64,000 nt of DNA, taken from the IMG/VR virus record IMGVR_UViG_3300002307_000018, positions 128,001 through 192,000 of that record, one strand, 5' to 3'. The stretch comes from a virus (Duplodnaviria > Caudoviricetes). The translations under genes and the position numbers were made by a program. How positions within the stretch are numbered: position 1 is the stretch's first letter; each line of letters opens with the position of its first letter. Shown in pieces: positions 63,396-64,000 of this stretch. The notes below the pieces were generated by a model. It was not told the DNA's origin, ran no database searches, and saw nothing but the letters and a program-made list of their open reading frames with translations.

Positions 63396-63857
63396 TTATA
63401 CAGACGGCGGAATATATTCTTCGTCCAGTGGTTCCACATTCAGTGTATCATACAAGATTGATTTTGGAAATAATGGTAAATTATCAATTGATCCCGTGAA
63501 ATTGTATGACAGTGTTATATGAGGATTATACCGTTCATAATCACTTGTAGCTCCACAGTGAGTCAACATTTTGTTGAGATCACTGAGTTCGACCGATTCT
63601 ACCAATAATACCAAACAACTAGTTCCCTCTTTTGTGGGAAATATCTCGTATCTGACTGGATTTGCCAAAACGTTTAATTCAGGATTCAAGTACTCAGCCC
63701 ACGGCACTGGCGTGCGTGAGTAGACAACAGTTGTGTGCAGTGTATTAGACTCCACACGATCCTGTAGCGATAAAAATCGTATAGAAAAATCATCGATTAG
63801 TTGTCTAGTATACCAAGATACACCCAACGACACATACGTTCCGTTACTGTGATTCAT
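63396..63857 (-). CDS. acb1: T4 57B / anti-CBASS Acb1-like 2H phosphoesterase
   Basis: Two HxT motifs in the T4 57B context: LHTTVVYSR and YNPHITLSYN. Confidence 0.78.
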   Translation of the reverse strand: MNHSNGTYVSLGVSWYTRQLIDDFSIRFLSLQDRVESNTLHTTVVYSRTPVPWAEYLNPELNVLANPVRYEIFPTKEGTSCLVLLVESVELSDLNKMLTHCGATSDYERYNPHITLSYNFTGSIDNLPLFPKSILYDTLNVEPLDEEYIPPSV

Positions 63858-64000
63858 TAGAAAATTTTAGCGAAATAATATAAGAAAGAAAAAACCAATA
63901 CCGATTCTGCCACTAGCATAACTGCCAATGTCAGTACGGTTCTAGACATAGTGTTTGGATATGGTTTCATTTTCCCAATCCGTCCTCGTCTTCTAGTAGA

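Noticed and set aside
1-64000. Alternative genetic code (stop-codon reassignment as in some large phages)
   Set aside because: Known proteins (ligase, rIIA, cyclase, CsgG) are full length under the standard code, and TAA, TGA and TAG all end genes.

Overview
This is a 64 kb segment of a large lytic T4-like (myovirus-type) bacteriophage genome. Marker genes recognised from protein motifs are rIIA/rIIB, ATP-dependent DNA ligase, dCMP deaminase, a 57B/Acb1-like 2H phosphoesterase, two Seg-like GIY-YIG homing endonucleases, a tail-fibre-like protein and a holin/GH19 endolysin/spanin cassette. Early genes have near-consensus sigma70 promoters, and late genes have a T4-late-like (G/A/C)(A/T)TAAATA motif. 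Host-like genes (Gram-negative porin, OmpA, rubrerythrin plus rubredoxin, YccA, ErpA, IF-1, Fe/Mn-SOD) suggest a betaproteobacterial host; this is an inference. Main highlights: (1) 13 late genes share an N-terminal tag resembling the T4 internal-protein capsid-targeting sequence (M-K/R-x-x-E/D-F/I-L/I-x-E). The tag is fused to unrelated enzymes (ADP-ribosyltransferases, two GNATs, amidoligase, SOD, kinase, NUDIX, possible nuclease), which suggests a packaged and injected effector arsenal. (2) A 20-member family of small 'WC-x-x-K-FG...F-x-LRW' proteins lies in two translationally coupled tandem arrays (13 and 6 genes) plus one orphan. The terminal Arg-Trp codons (AGG TGG) appear to double as the next gene's Shine-Dalgarno. 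(3) A curli-like secretion operon (csgF, csgG, two curlin-repeat genes) is linked to a FecR protein and a CHASE2 adenylate cyclase. (4) Many genes have apparently leaderless architecture, and four early promoter cassettes share a leader and an upstream palindrome. (5) There is an AT-rich Dam plus PD-(D/E)xK nuclease cassette. I found no tRNA, rRNA or CRISPR array. All family assignments come from motif recognition by eye, not database searches.
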